Assembly (NCBI RefSeq): GCF_021028975.2
Contig: NC_059427.1
Location: 56,544,001 to 56,608,000 of the forward strand
Direction: 5' to 3'
DNA length: 64,000 nt
Source of the DNA: Sphaerodactylus townsendi
Lineage: Eukaryota
A program made the position numbers and the translations under genes. How positions within the stretch are numbered: the stretch's first letter is position 1; each line of letters starts with the position of its first letter. A model generated the notes under the pieces. It made no database searches. It saw nothing but the letters and a program-made list of their open reading frames with translations, and was not told where the DNA came from. Below, in pieces: positions 1 to 12,050 of the stretch.

Positions 1-1601
1 TTCACTATTATTTATGCCTTAAACATGTGAAATGATTTGTACATTCCACAGCAGAATTTGGCACTACTGTTTTCTGCATTTCAGTGGCATTTCCCATTCT
101 TTTGTTCCAGATATGCTCATAAGCACTGCATTATCTGATTACATCCTCAAAAATTAATATTAGAACGGATGAAAAATAATATAAAATTTTGTAAGCAGCA
201 ATGAATTGAAACTAAGTAGTAGAACCCAAAAGAGGAACTATGTCAAGATCTAAAGCTTATGCTGGCAAAGGCTGTTCATGTGCTTAATTAACGCAGGCAC
301 GGCTTGCTATTCTGAAGCATGCATCTGTGTTTCAAGAAAAAGTAGGGGAATCAAGTTGGCCAGAGGCAACACTAATTCCATGCCACCACCCTAAAACAGA
401 ACTGCTTCAGAATATTCTGAAAAGACTGAGAGTTGAAAGGAATAGAGGCTGCAGAAAAAGCTCAAGCACATGGTTACAACAGTAACAAAGCAATTCATCT
501 AGGCCATGCAAGCGCTCAGGTGTAAGGCTAGAGAAGAGCAGAGTAGAACACAGAGACACTGTTTTAAATGTGCAGTATCAGATCCCTCTCAACAGCTGGG
601 TTTTTCTACATATCATTTGGCATGTTCCCATCCACAGCCGCCAGTCGCAAGGGACCCCTCCAGCAACAAAGCCAATGCTTCTTCTTGGGCCATGCTGAGT
701 TGGGCAACCACATGCGCGCTCTCTCTCTCTTTCTCTCCCCTAGAGCCCGAGTCAGTCACCATCAGAGAGAGATCGGCCTTCACAACCATCAGAAATGAGA
801 TCCTGGGAGTCTTACTTCCAAACCTGAACAAGTTCCTTCTTGAAGTTGTAGTGATACTATAAAAGTACAGTCAGCTATAAAAGACACCAGAAAAGGCACT
901 GAAATGGAGTGATATCTTGTGGGATCAGGGATAGGACTAAAATGAATTTTACCATGTTCATACATAGATCCTGCACTTTTAAAACTTGAAAAGTAAATCA
1001 AAAGATCACTTACAATCTAAGGTTTATCAATACTATACATAAGACAGAAATATATATTTGGAATATAAATTTGCATGGAAGTCTACTATGAAAGATTTGA
1101 CATGTCACCTTATACAAATTAATAGCACACCTTCTAGTTCTAGCTGATACTATTCAGGAGAAGTTTTTTTTAAAAAAACTTTGCAACACACAGCAAACTA
1201 CATTGTGCTCCTGCAAATCTGGACTGATTTCATTTCCTCCAGAAAGTGGACTCTCTCTGGATATACAACAGCAGAAATTATTTTAGAACCTGGAAACTGA
1301 CATGTTCATGGCTTGGATCCACTGGATGATGTCAGTGCATAGAAGGGGGAGGTGATTTTCACCTATTTCCTGCTGCAGACCTCCAGTTTCCCCCAGCCCA
1401 TGCTATTTCTGCAGGTCTCATCTGCCAAAGAGCAACATTTTATGGGGCGTTTTGAGCTATAGCAGGAGGGTTTGGGAAACTATGCATCGCAGATGGAATC
1501 CATGGAAATTACTGATGGATCCAGACATACAGATATAAAGCCATAATTTATATTTTTAAATCGTTTTTCTTTCTAATTACATGAAAAAAATTATATGGAA
1601 T

Positions 1602-1604
<3 letters not shown>

Positions 1605-1676
<72 letters not shown>

Positions 1677-1804
1677 TATATATATATAGTTACTCAATGT
1701 TAAATAGCAGATTAGCATATTACTCAATGTTAAATGGCAGATTAGCATATTGTTACTTAATGTTATTAGCATATTGTTACTCAATGTTAAATGGCAGATT
1801 AGCA
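1605..1804. repeat. Compound (TC)n(TG)n(TA)n microsatellite followed by a ~30-bp minisatellite (TACTCAATGTTAAATRGCAGATTAGCATAT, ~3.5 copies)
   Basis: Directly visible. Confidence 0.95.
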
Positions 1805-2025
1805 GTGCCAACCTAAACAGTTACCCCCTTCTAAACCCTCTGACTTAGATGGATTTAACTTTGGCTAGGACTTCACTGTGTCTTCCATATACTGAACAAA
1901 TGCTCAACTCTGGTGTTTGCTGCTTAACATTCTGAATCTTAATTAAAACCTTCAAAACTTTAATAACATGGAAACATTAACAATGAAAAAAAATTAAAGC
2001 TTGTTATAAAGAGTATTTCACTAAC

Positions 2026-2127
2026 CGCCAGCTGGGGGGACAACTTGATCAAGGAGTTTCATACTAGTTTTCTTCCAGATTTTCTTTATAACAGCTCTGA
2101 GTTCTTCATTTGCTTGCTCTAAGTTCC
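2026..2127 (-). CDS. CACNA1D: CACNA1D exon ~40 (102 nt): [33 protein letters not shown] (pre-IQ)
   Basis: ccccag|GG AAC ... GGC G|gttagt. Confidence 0.97.
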
Positions 2128-2465
2128 CTGGGGAGGGGAGGGGGTAGGGTAGATATATATGGAGAGAATGGTGACATACTGAGCAAAATTTCATTTTAGA
2201 AACAAAAAGGAAATAAAGTACTGCCATTCAACATATTACTTTACCACCTTTCAAATGCATCACCTATTTTGATATTTGCATGCTGGTATGCATGTATTTG
2301 TGTATATAGGGGGCTGAAAATTGGAAAAAAATGTCCATCCATGATGTCACAAAACCAGACCAGTATGTGGGTAATGCTTTCAATCATCACTCTGATAGAA
2401 TTAACCAAATATGGACTTTGCTTTATGACATCATAAAACAGTGAAATCTGATTGGTTCTGAGGTA

Positions 2466-2843
2466 CAGTGGCGTACCTTCAGTAATTGCAAATACTGAAA
2501 GTGTCCCCCCCCCCCCCGCAAATTATGCCCTCCCTCAAAACTGTGCCCATTCTTGCTTACCTCTCTGGTAGATGGTAAGTGAGCAGGGCAAGCAGCAGGC
2601 AAGTGGGGCAGGGCGGACAAGGGATGGGCAAGTGCCATGGGTTGGGCTGGGTGAGTGCTGCAGGCTGAGCCAAGTAAGTGGTGTGGGCTGGGCAAGTGGC
2701 AGGCAAGTGGGGTGACTGGAGTTTGGCTAGGACTGGGCACAAGGGAAGAGGAAGGGGACAGGTGCCCAAAATTCGCCCTTCATGTGTCTAGGTGAATGGC
2801 ACGTGGGTCATTGCCCCCTCTTGCCCTCCTAGATATGCCATTG
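2466..2843. mobile_element. Non-autonomous hAT-type DNA transposon
   Basis: Ends CAGTGGCGTA... / ...TATGCCATTG; perfect 8-bp TSD CTGAGGTA (2458-2465, 2844-2851). Confidence 0.85.
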
Positions 2844-2989
2844 CTGAGGTATCCTTGGCAAATCTGTTCTGAGTGATGGCAATACTTTCTGCCACATACT
2901 GATTTGGCTTCATCACATGGCAAAGTATGGTGAAGTAACAGCAAACATTTCCCCCCTAATGATAACAGATTTATTCAGATTTTTGCAGA

Positions 2990-3200
2990 CAAAGTGGCAG
3001 ACTAGGATGAGGGAGACCCAGGTTTGAATCACCACACTGACATACAAGCTTGCTGGGTGACTTTGGGTAAATTACAGATATACTCTTAGCCTAACCTAGT
3101 TTGTAGGGTTGTTGTGGGGATAAAATGGAAGAGGGAAGAATGCTGTAAGCTGTTTTAGGTCCCCATTAGAGAGAAAAATGGGTATAAATAAAGTACATAA
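2990..3200 (+). mobile_element. Degraded tRNA-derived squamate SINE (Squam3-like)
   Basis: B-box-like GGTTTGAATC, GCTGGGTGACTTTGGG, GGGTTGTTGTGGGGATAAAATGG core, A-rich tail. Similar copies at ~17105-17340(+), 34133-34312(+), 35860-36020(+), 40990-41135(-), 47230-47345(-), 49740-49995(-). Confidence 0.7.
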
Positions 3201-3987
3201 ATTAATTAGTTAATTAAAGTAGATTTAGATAACTAGTCGATGTCCCATGAAGATATAAATATGTGGCAAATGTTGAAATACATTGCAAATATTGAAATGT
3301 ATTTCATTTTTGTTTTAATAAAACACCTGTGTGTATGCATTACTCAGTTTATAAAATAATTTTACAACTATATAAATATTTGTTCAGAAAATTAGACTAT
3401 GATTAAAGGAAGCATATCTATCTCTCACAATTGAATTACTTACAATAGGAGCATGCTGAAATACTCAAACATTGTCAAAGGACTGAGTGGAATGAATTTT
3501 TAACTAATACAAAGTTGTAACGTATTAAATCACATACCCTCCAGTGACACAGATCGCAGCACTATGGATCTAGAGATGAAGCTTTAGGTACTTAGATTTA
3601 CATTCAGTCATGTTTCTTGTAAATCTATCTTCCTAGAGAACCAGAGATAACGTTTCCATCTAGATTTTTCTAAGGCAATTATTACCTGGTTTTCTGGATT
3701 GAAATGTTTTCTTCCCACTTCTGTTCTGTTTTTGATAAGACTACAGTAAGTAGTATTGGACAGATGGGAGCTAATGCTATTTCTTCTACAGCTGAAGAAA
3801 AGCATGAAGATAATATGCTATAACATGTCTGATAGTTCAAGAGTTTGGGGGAGGGGTTGTTTTCGTTCATAGTACTTTTGACAATGAAGGAAAAGCCTTT
3901 CCCACAAGGACTTAGTATTCATTTGGGAGTTTAAAAGTGTTCCCTTTAACCTAGTATGTAGACCTACCACATCTTCTATACAGTTTA

Positions 3988-4122
<135 letters not shown>

Positions 4123-4536
4123 TTAAAAAAATACAAAGAAATTACAGATTATTTTGGTTATACATCTGGAGAAAGAATATGAATATTTATAAATATGGAA
4201 CAATGTAAATATGGGGGTGAAATCATGACCAATTTCACACTGTCCTTAATTAAGAAATGAAACCAGTGGTATATTCTATGGCAGCAGTCTTTATTAGAAG
4301 CAATTCTCTCCTCCAGAGAATTTCTGTATTATGCACATCAAAATCTTCTTTAAATATTATTTATGACATAGAAAACTAGAACTTTAAAATAACTGACAAG
4401 CATTTCATTGTGTGGTATGCCATATTTCACTGCAAACAATGTAACATCTTCCATAATGTGCTTAATTCATTACTGGTATTTAAAAGTGCTTATTGGGCTT
4501 GCAAATCCTGTGTATTACCAAGTTGACCAAAACATA

Positions 4537-5018
4537 GGCCATTTCCGCACGGCCATCGAGGCGCCTCCACGCCAGCAAGAATTCTGCCGGAGTGGAGGCA
4601 GAGGCCGTTCGCATGCAGGCATGCCGACGGCCTCTGGAGAGGCCGGCAGGCTGCTCCGCATGGAGCCGCCTCTTCCCCCCTTCCCTTTCCCATGTACCTC
4701 TCGTGTCGCCGTCCTGCGGGCCTCCTCAGCCCCGCCCACGCTGCCCTCCAACCTCCAGGGGTTGGAGGACAGCGAGGGAGGGACTTAGGAGGCCAGCAGG
4801 ACGGCGACACGAGAGGTACATGGGAAAGGGAAGGGGAAACAGCGTGTTCTCGGCGGTGCGGTTGTTGTTTAGGGCGGCCTAACGCCGCCCTGGGGGAGGG
4901 GGAGCGCAGTCAGGTCGGTGCTGCTGCATTGCAGCAGCGCCGCCTGTGCGAACGGCGGCCTGGGGGCGGCGTTTTTACTGCCCCCAGGCCGTCGTCTTTG
5001 GCCCGTGCGGAAAGGGCC
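4537..5018. mobile_element. GC-rich MITE, PIF/Harbinger-like, with a long internal hairpin
   Basis: TIRs GGCCATTTCCGCAC / GTGCGGAAAGGGCC; 3-bp TSD ATA; perfect 41-bp inverted arms at 4677-4717 and 4796-4836. Confidence 0.8.
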
Positions 5019-6279
5019 ATAGTATTTGCGGCTCGGGGAACTAGACCAAAGGAGACTTCAAGATGGCTCTTTTTGAACATGTTTGTTACGAACTTTGAAC
5101 TACTTAATCAGGAATTTATAAGAGTCTTACTGCAGTTTGCTTTTTCACTCATAGCTGATAGAAGTAATCACACCGCTTGTTATTAAAAATATTCATCAAT
5201 TCAAACATAAATATTTTGATAAGTCAATAGGTAGACATAATATTTAGCAGCATGTATGAGCTAAATTGTAGAATGTTAAATATTTTTGTAACGGACAATA
5301 TTATTCGTTTCATCCACTGCAAATCAGCTTTGCTTTCTCAGCACCTTTTCTCTCTCTGAATTTAGCTTCTTTCCTAGGGCTATTGCTTTTCCAAACCAGT
5401 CTCATTTAACCTTGGGCTTGGAAAGGCAGTCTACAAGAACCTTGTTCAGATCTAGCAAGACAGTTTTAAACTTCTTAATAACTTGCCATTTATACAGACT
5501 CCTAGCAGGTTTTTGAACATTCAAAAAAACCAAGAAGCTGTTCCAAAAATTACAGGAGTTATTGTTTCATGGAATGATGTCATGGCTGAAATGCATGCCT
5601 TACAACCTTCTACATCCTAATCAACAACCTGCAGCCTTCACTGAGAGTAAATATTAATGCAATAAAGTATGAGAGACCCTGTTCTTTCTCAAGGACTGAA
5701 AGTTCATAGGACCTTTCCACACATGAAGTTTCAAATGATTCATATTATTGATACCTTTTCCCTACTTTTCTCTTCTGCATAATCAGTGACCATAAGAGAA
5801 GCCAAAGAAATGATTTCAACGTCATAGATGAAAACTTTATGTTCCTACCAGTAAAGATGTGTAGAATTGAACTATAGTCACATTACTTAATTTTAATTCA
5901 GATAGTAACAAATTTTGTGCTGGCAAGTATGTTGGAAAGTTCAATGTAATGAACCTCACTCTGTTTGCACAAGTATCAATGAAATTAAATTACTTCCTCT
6001 ATAAAGCAGGGAAGGAAGAAATAGAACTCTCAGTTGCCTCTGAATTATCCTTAAATTCCTTTCACAAACCATTCACACCCATATATTGTTCTGAACCAAT
6101 GAGCCAAGAAAAGAACAGGAGATTTCTTGTAAGGGTCAGACAAAACATCGGAAAAGCTATGGTCATTATGTTAGAGAATCAAGCTGCTCAAAGTTAGAGA
6201 AACCATTAATCAGTAATGACACTATGAAGAAATACTAATACAATAAACAGAAAATATTTGGCAAGAAATCAAAGCCTAC

Positions 6280-6376
6280 CTTACATGCAACTCTGTGAGG
6301 ACATAATTTACCAAAACCCAAAGGGGGTTGTATGCGTCGTAATAAGGTGACAACATCGAGGTGTTTTATTCTTCCC
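6280..6376 (-). CDS. CACNA1D: CACNA1D exon ~38 (97 nt): [32 protein letters not shown] (EF-hand region)
   Basis: ttgtag|G GGA ... TGT AAG|gtaggc. Confidence 0.97.
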
Positions 6377-6475
6377 CTACAAGGGACATAGAGTATTGAT
6401 TAAATACTTCCATTTGTCTTTTAAATGACTTTCTTTAGTCTTTCAATTTTTCATTTCTGTGGTAGACACATACTA

Positions 6476-6700
<225 letters not shown>

Positions 6701-8045
6701 CTATGTACATGCATATTAATATACCTATATCTATTTCCGTATATATTCCATAAATTGATTTGAAGTGTGTATGTTCTATATATATACACATACATATTTG
6801 TGCATGGGAAGAGGATGAAACACTTGCCCAGAACCAGAATGACTGGAGATGCTTTCTTCCACTAGGGCAGTGGTAATGAGCCTGGCAGGGTTTTTTCCCC
6901 CTTTGGTAGTCCTTGAAGGTATTTCCTTGAAATAATTCTCCAGGAGAGGTAATGGGGATGTTTTTACTTTTTGCCTTCAAAATGTCTATAAGGCCAGGTG
7001 ATTTAATAAGAGGTTTCTGAATCAATTATTTTGAATGTGGTAGAGAGACTTTCTCTGATGGTGTTTGTATTTGGCTGCTAGTATTTTGGCATTTCATATT
7101 TTCCTATATATGATATTGTGATTTTATTTATGGTGCCTCTCCAGAAAACCTGCTCAAGGTGGCTTACAAAGTAAAACATGATGAAAAATATAATCCAGCA
7201 TAAAATTGTTAAAAATTAGCAAGCTGTTGAAAGATCAATATTTTAATAAATAAATAATTCTAATGAAAGTTAGCATTAACTATTTCACTATTGTAGTTAC
7301 AGTTAGCCATGGCTAGTGTTAATAGATACACCAGAGGACCATGATCAGCTAACAAAACTGAAGGGCGTAGGGTTGCCAACGTGCCTGGATAAAAACTTCC
7401 TGTCCCTTTAATAGAAGCTTAATATGTGAAAATGGGCAGCTGCATTTCATGGCATGGTGGGGGGAAGAAATAACACCACCTAGAAAAGTTGATGGAATTT
7501 GTATATGAGAGGACAGAAGGAAAATTGTTGGAGTACCACAACTCCTTCCTGATCTCCAAGCCATGAAATAGTTGCCATTGAGCAGTAAAGTATACGCGTT
7601 ACAAACAGGAAAGGACTGGGTAAGATTACTAAACATGGCCTGGAAATTGGCACTGGGGATAGCCTAACTGGGGAAAACCTAGAAATGAAATCGAGAAGAA
7701 ACGTGAAGAAACCCTGAAAGTTAAAGACAAACCCCTATTAGTTTAACCCAGCAGGAAGACCTCTTACAGCTCCCTTGAGCCTCAATATGTCTTTGTCATA
7801 TGAAACAACAATGGAAATCTTCAGTTGGATTTTGAAGCTAGTAACTCCTGCAAATATGATCAGTGTGACTCTCCAATATAAACTATATTTACTGAACTGA
7901 ATGGTCATGTGATTTTGACTACAAATACAATTATATTGTTTCAAATGTTAACTCTGAAAGCATTTTATGAGCTCTGAGAATTATTCTCCAAAGTAATTTT
8001 CTGGGGAAATAGAGACTTTGAAGCTATTACTGTTCCTGGACTCAC

Positions 8046-8205
8046 CAAAAAAGCACACAACATATAGAAAGTAATGAAATACAGAATGGCAAAGTTGCTC
8101 CCACATGTGTTTTCTTCTCCCGGATTGGCATCAGACTCTGGATCACATCGTTTTCCTGGCAGACAAGCTAACATGATTTCTTGCCAAGCCTCTCCTGTTG
8201 CACAC
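8046..8205 (-). CDS. CACNA1D: CACNA1D exon ~36 (160 nt): [53 protein letters not shown] (domain IV pore/S6)
   Basis: ctatag|G TGT ... TTT TTG|gtgagt; TGEAW filter motif. Confidence 0.97.
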
Positions 8206-9399
8206 CTATAGTAAAGAACAAAGAAATGCCGGAATGAGCCAGATAGCATTGTTGTTCATTCAGAATGACAGCATTTAATGCTACTTGGCTTCTGAATAGC
8301 AGGAGGTGACGAAGGGTGCAGAGCTCTCACAAACAGAAATGTACTGGAGACTATGGGAAGTGAGATTTTTTACCTTTTGATCAATATGCATAAAAGGGGA
8401 AAATGTGGAGATAAATGTTGACCTGAGTTGTACTCACAAAAGTACAAATTAGTATCTAGCCATGAGAAGTTCAAAGTACAGAGGTCTAAGCTTGTCATGA
8501 ACATTTCCCCACAATTAACTTGAAAAGGGAAGTTATGTTCTTCAACAAAAATATGGTCATTTTTCAAGATGGTGCTTCCTGAGTTCTGATTTTCCTAACC
8601 GCAGTTTTAACAAGAATGGAAAAACTGAACATTTCAAGAGGTGGCTTCTGAGGAAAGTTTCAACTGAACAGCTCAGCTCTAAAACTACGGAACGTAACTT
8701 CTTCCCAAGTACCTTGCATTATCAATCAGGTTCCAGTCCCAAGAAAGATGCAGAACTTTCGAAATAAAATATCTACTGGAGTACTTGCCAAACGTCTCCC
8801 TTCTATAATCTGAAGTGTATTACTAATTAACAAGGAACAAATTAATTTTGAAACACAATAAGAGGGAAATGCAAGACCTGCAGCATCTTTCAGGCTTAAA
8901 TAACTTCACAGTTCTATTTGTTCTGTTTTAAGGAGAAAGGCTGTAACCTTCACCTTTCCTGTCACTACATTCATTGAGGGAAGGCAGGTGCAAGGTATTG
9001 ACTTACTGTCAAGCTGCCCAAGTGACTACAATCAAATGAGAACAACATTTGTGATTTGAAACATCTTAAACAGTAACTGAGTAAAAAACATTTATCATTC
9101 CTAAACTATCAGGAAAAAGCACTCTTATCTGCTGTTACTCACTTTGACTGGCAAGGGTCATTTAATTAAGCGGCACTGCAGACATCCCTACACATTTGAT
9201 AACCAAAATGCTGTGAAACTGTTTGGTTTTATTTACAACCACTCATTTTTAGCTTGTGTTTTAGGGACATGCAAAATTCCTGATTAATAATAATAGCAAT
9301 GATAATGTCATCAGTAATGACAATAATAATTTTTGGTGGATACAGGTACGGTTCAAGATGGTTCAATTTTTAAAGATTTTAGCTTACAAATACTAAGAT

Positions 9400-9600
9400 T
9401 GCCCCGGCTAGCTCGATCTTGTCAGGTCTCAGAAGCTAAGCATGGTCTGCCCTCACTGGTATTTGGGTGGAGACCACCAAGGAAGCCCAGGGTTGCTACA
9501 CAGAAGCAGGCAATGGCAAACCAACTCTGATTGTCTCATGCCTTGAAAGCACCATGGGATCATAATAAGTCAGCTGTGACTAAGTGCCACTTCCTACCAC
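9400..9600 (+). mobile_element. 5S rRNA-derived SINE (SINE3 / 5S-Sauria-like)
   Basis: GATCTTGTCAGGTCTCAGAAGCTAAGCA...GTATTTGGGTGGAGACC resembles the 5S internal promoter region, followed by a GGCAATGGCAAACCA body. Similar copies at ~17770-17930(+), 12490-12590(-), 57820-57925(-). Confidence 0.7.
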
Positions 9601-9623
9601 CAAGACCACAGTGTGCTAGCTAA

Positions 9624-12050
9624 TCTATATGTATAAAAAGCTAACAGTGACTTTGTTAGTCACACCCTAGCGTCGAAACGGCTGGACGGATCACCCCCAA
9701 ATTTTCACATGACGTTCCTCCCCGTTCTGGGCAGGTAATTGGACCTTCAAATCGCTGAAAGTCCATACCTGAGCCAGGTAAAATGTCTTTTTCCTGGTGC
9801 ACCAGGCCATGAAGCTGGCTGCGTTTAACTGTCACCCTTAGAATGTTCATGCAGCCTGTCTGTGGCCTGAGGGCTTGGTATGACGGCTTAGAATGTTCAC
9901 GCAGATGGGCAGAGATGAGCAGTGGAAACAGTAAATAGGTGACACTGTTAGGTAATATGAGTGGAAGTGAAACACATACACACTTTGCCGTGTGAGACGT
10001 CAGGTGGGGTTCCCCCCCCTCACACGCAGGTAACTTTCACTCTCTGTGCCTCACCCACTGCTACCACACAATACACATCCAGCCCATCCTCACACACCTC
10101 ACTCTGCCCTCCCTCACATCCAACCACCACTTACCCACTTCCTCACCCATATTCGCCACAGCTCTCTTTTACTAAAAGCAAGCTGGAGTTTGCCTTTTTC
10201 TTCTAAGAAAATCCACGGGATGGGGGCGAACCAACACTACTGGCTCCGCTTCTTTTGCACGTGGCCCTTTAAGAACCCAGGGAGCTGGCCTCGATCTGAG
10301 TGCATCACCACCCTGCCTCTGCCGCCTGACTGGGATAGCCTCCTTGCCCCAGTTCTGCCTTACCCAAGCCAGGACTGTGCGTGTCAACCAGCCTCATGGA
10401 CAGCAGGATTCGCACTCTGGACAGTTCTGTTGTGGAATGGAAAGGGTTACCTTATACCAGGGGTCGGGAACCCGCGGCTCGCGAGCCGCAAGCGGCTCAT
10501 CCGCCGCTGTTCTGCGGCTCCATGAGCCGAGCCGCCGGGCCCATCTTCACCCGCCCTGCAAACAGCAGGGCGGGCGCATCCTTCGCCCGCGGCCGGCCAG
10601 GCCGCGACGCGGGCCCAGCCTCCTGCCCGCCTCGCTGGTTGCGAGGCGGGCGCTTTCCCGGCAGCCGGCCAGGTCGAGCCACCGGACCCGTCTTCACCCG
10701 CCCTGCAAGAAGCAGGGCGGGCGCATCCCTCGCCCGCGGCCGGCCAGGCCGCGCCGCGGGCCCAGTCTCCTGCCCGCCTCGCTGGTTGCGAGGCGGGCAC
10801 TATCCCGGCGGCCTTCTCCTCTCTTCCTCTTGCCTTCTGTTTCCCCCTTATACCTTTCCTGCCTGTCAATCACCCACCAATCCCCAAGTGACCTCCTCTC
10901 CCTTTTTCTTGCCAGCCCTGCCCCCGGGACCGCTCCTCCAGGCTCCCCACCTCGTTGGCGTGGGCCGGTGTCGGGCCTTCTGCACGCTGTCTCCGCCCCT
11001 CTAGAGGGGCCGGAAGCCAGATCTGTCTCCCCTAGCCCCGGCTCCATTGTCCCCGGCATTGCCTCTCTTGGGGCCAGCGGTGCTTTCCCCCATGTCCCAG
11101 GGGAAAGGCGGAAGGTGCCTGCCTGCCTGGCCCCTTTCAGAGTGGCTGCAGCATTCCGCAACAACCGGCTCCCTCCCACCGCATTGGACGGCTATTCCCC
11201 CATCCACCTGGCTCTGTTCTCTCCTCTCCAGTGAGTTCGGTGGCTCTCGTCATGGCGGGGGGGCAACGCGGGCAAGTCCAGGGCTGAAGGCAAGGGTGGG
11301 TGCCCCAGACATTGTACTTCAAAATCAAATTCCAAAACATACCACAAAAGAAAAAAAGACATAAATTTACCAAATTATAAAGTACTTATAATATAAGCCG
11401 CCGGGCCCGTCTTCGCCCGCCCTGCAAGCAGCAGGGCGGGCGCATTCCTCGCCTGCGGCCGGCCAGGCCGCGCCACGGGCCCAGCCTCCTGCCCGCCTCG
11501 CTGTTTGCGAGGCGGGTGCTTTCCCGGCGGCCTGCCAAGCCGAGCCGCCGGACCTGTCTTCGCCCGCCCTGCAGGCAGCAGAGCGGGCGCATCCTTCGCC
11601 CGTGGCCGGCCAGGCCGCGCCGCAGGCTTTGCCTCCTGCCCGCCCCGCTGGTTGCGAGGTGGGCGGTCTTCCGGCAGCCAGCTAGGCCGAGCCGCCGGGC
11701 CCATCTTTGCCTGCCCTGCAGGCGCGGGGGGGGGGGTGAGCGGGCGGGGGGCGCGAGTGAGCAAGTGGGCAGGGGAGCGGAGGGGGGGGGCGTGCGAGTG
11801 GGGGGGGGTGAGCGGGGGAGGGTGAGCCAAATGGCTCTTTGAGGGGAAAAGGTTCCTGACCCCTGCCTTATACTAAAAAAACAAGACACCACCATGTAAC
11901 AATGTGAATTGAAAAGGGAAAGAGGGATTCCATTTGACCACCCCAAAAGACTATGCTGCGGATCATTGGACCTTCATGGACATCTGTGTGGGTTGCGGAC
12001 TGTGATGAGAAGGACAATTGGCACAGCAACGCATGGCCAGGTCCCGCTAG
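9624..12050 (+). mobile_element. Non-autonomous Helitron (interrupted by a nested hAT element)
   Basis: 5' end A|TCTATATGTATAAAA with a GAAACGGCTGGACGGATC...AAATTTTCAC motif; 3' end CACAGCAACGCATGGCCAGGTCCCGCTAG|T; inserted between A and T with no TSD. Confidence 0.78.
10458..11865. mobile_element. Young non-autonomous hAT (Charlie-like) element with internal 147-bp GC-rich repeats
   Basis: TIR CAGGGGTCGGGAACC / GGTTCCTGACCCCTG; perfect 8-bp TSD CCTTATAC (10450-10457, 11866-11873). Confidence 0.92.

Noticed and set aside
789-856. Alternative terminal exon after exon 40 (VSLQLQEGTCSGLEVRLPGSHF*)
   Set aside because: There is an AG in the right phase, but no homology I recognise and no independent support. 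Such frames are common by chance.
1689-1804. CRISPR-like ~30-bp direct repeats
   Set aside because: Head-to-tail with no unique spacers, so an ordinary minisatellite in a vertebrate intron.
4408-5186. Overlapping ORFs with a repeated peptide on opposite strands
   Set aside because: An artefact of the internal hairpin of the GC-rich MITE.
10344-11946. Cluster of long ORFs (up to 296 aa) on both strands
   Set aside because: They arise from the stop-poor GC-rich 147-bp repeats in a hAT MITE. The translations are low-complexity Arg/Pro/Gly with no transposase motifs.
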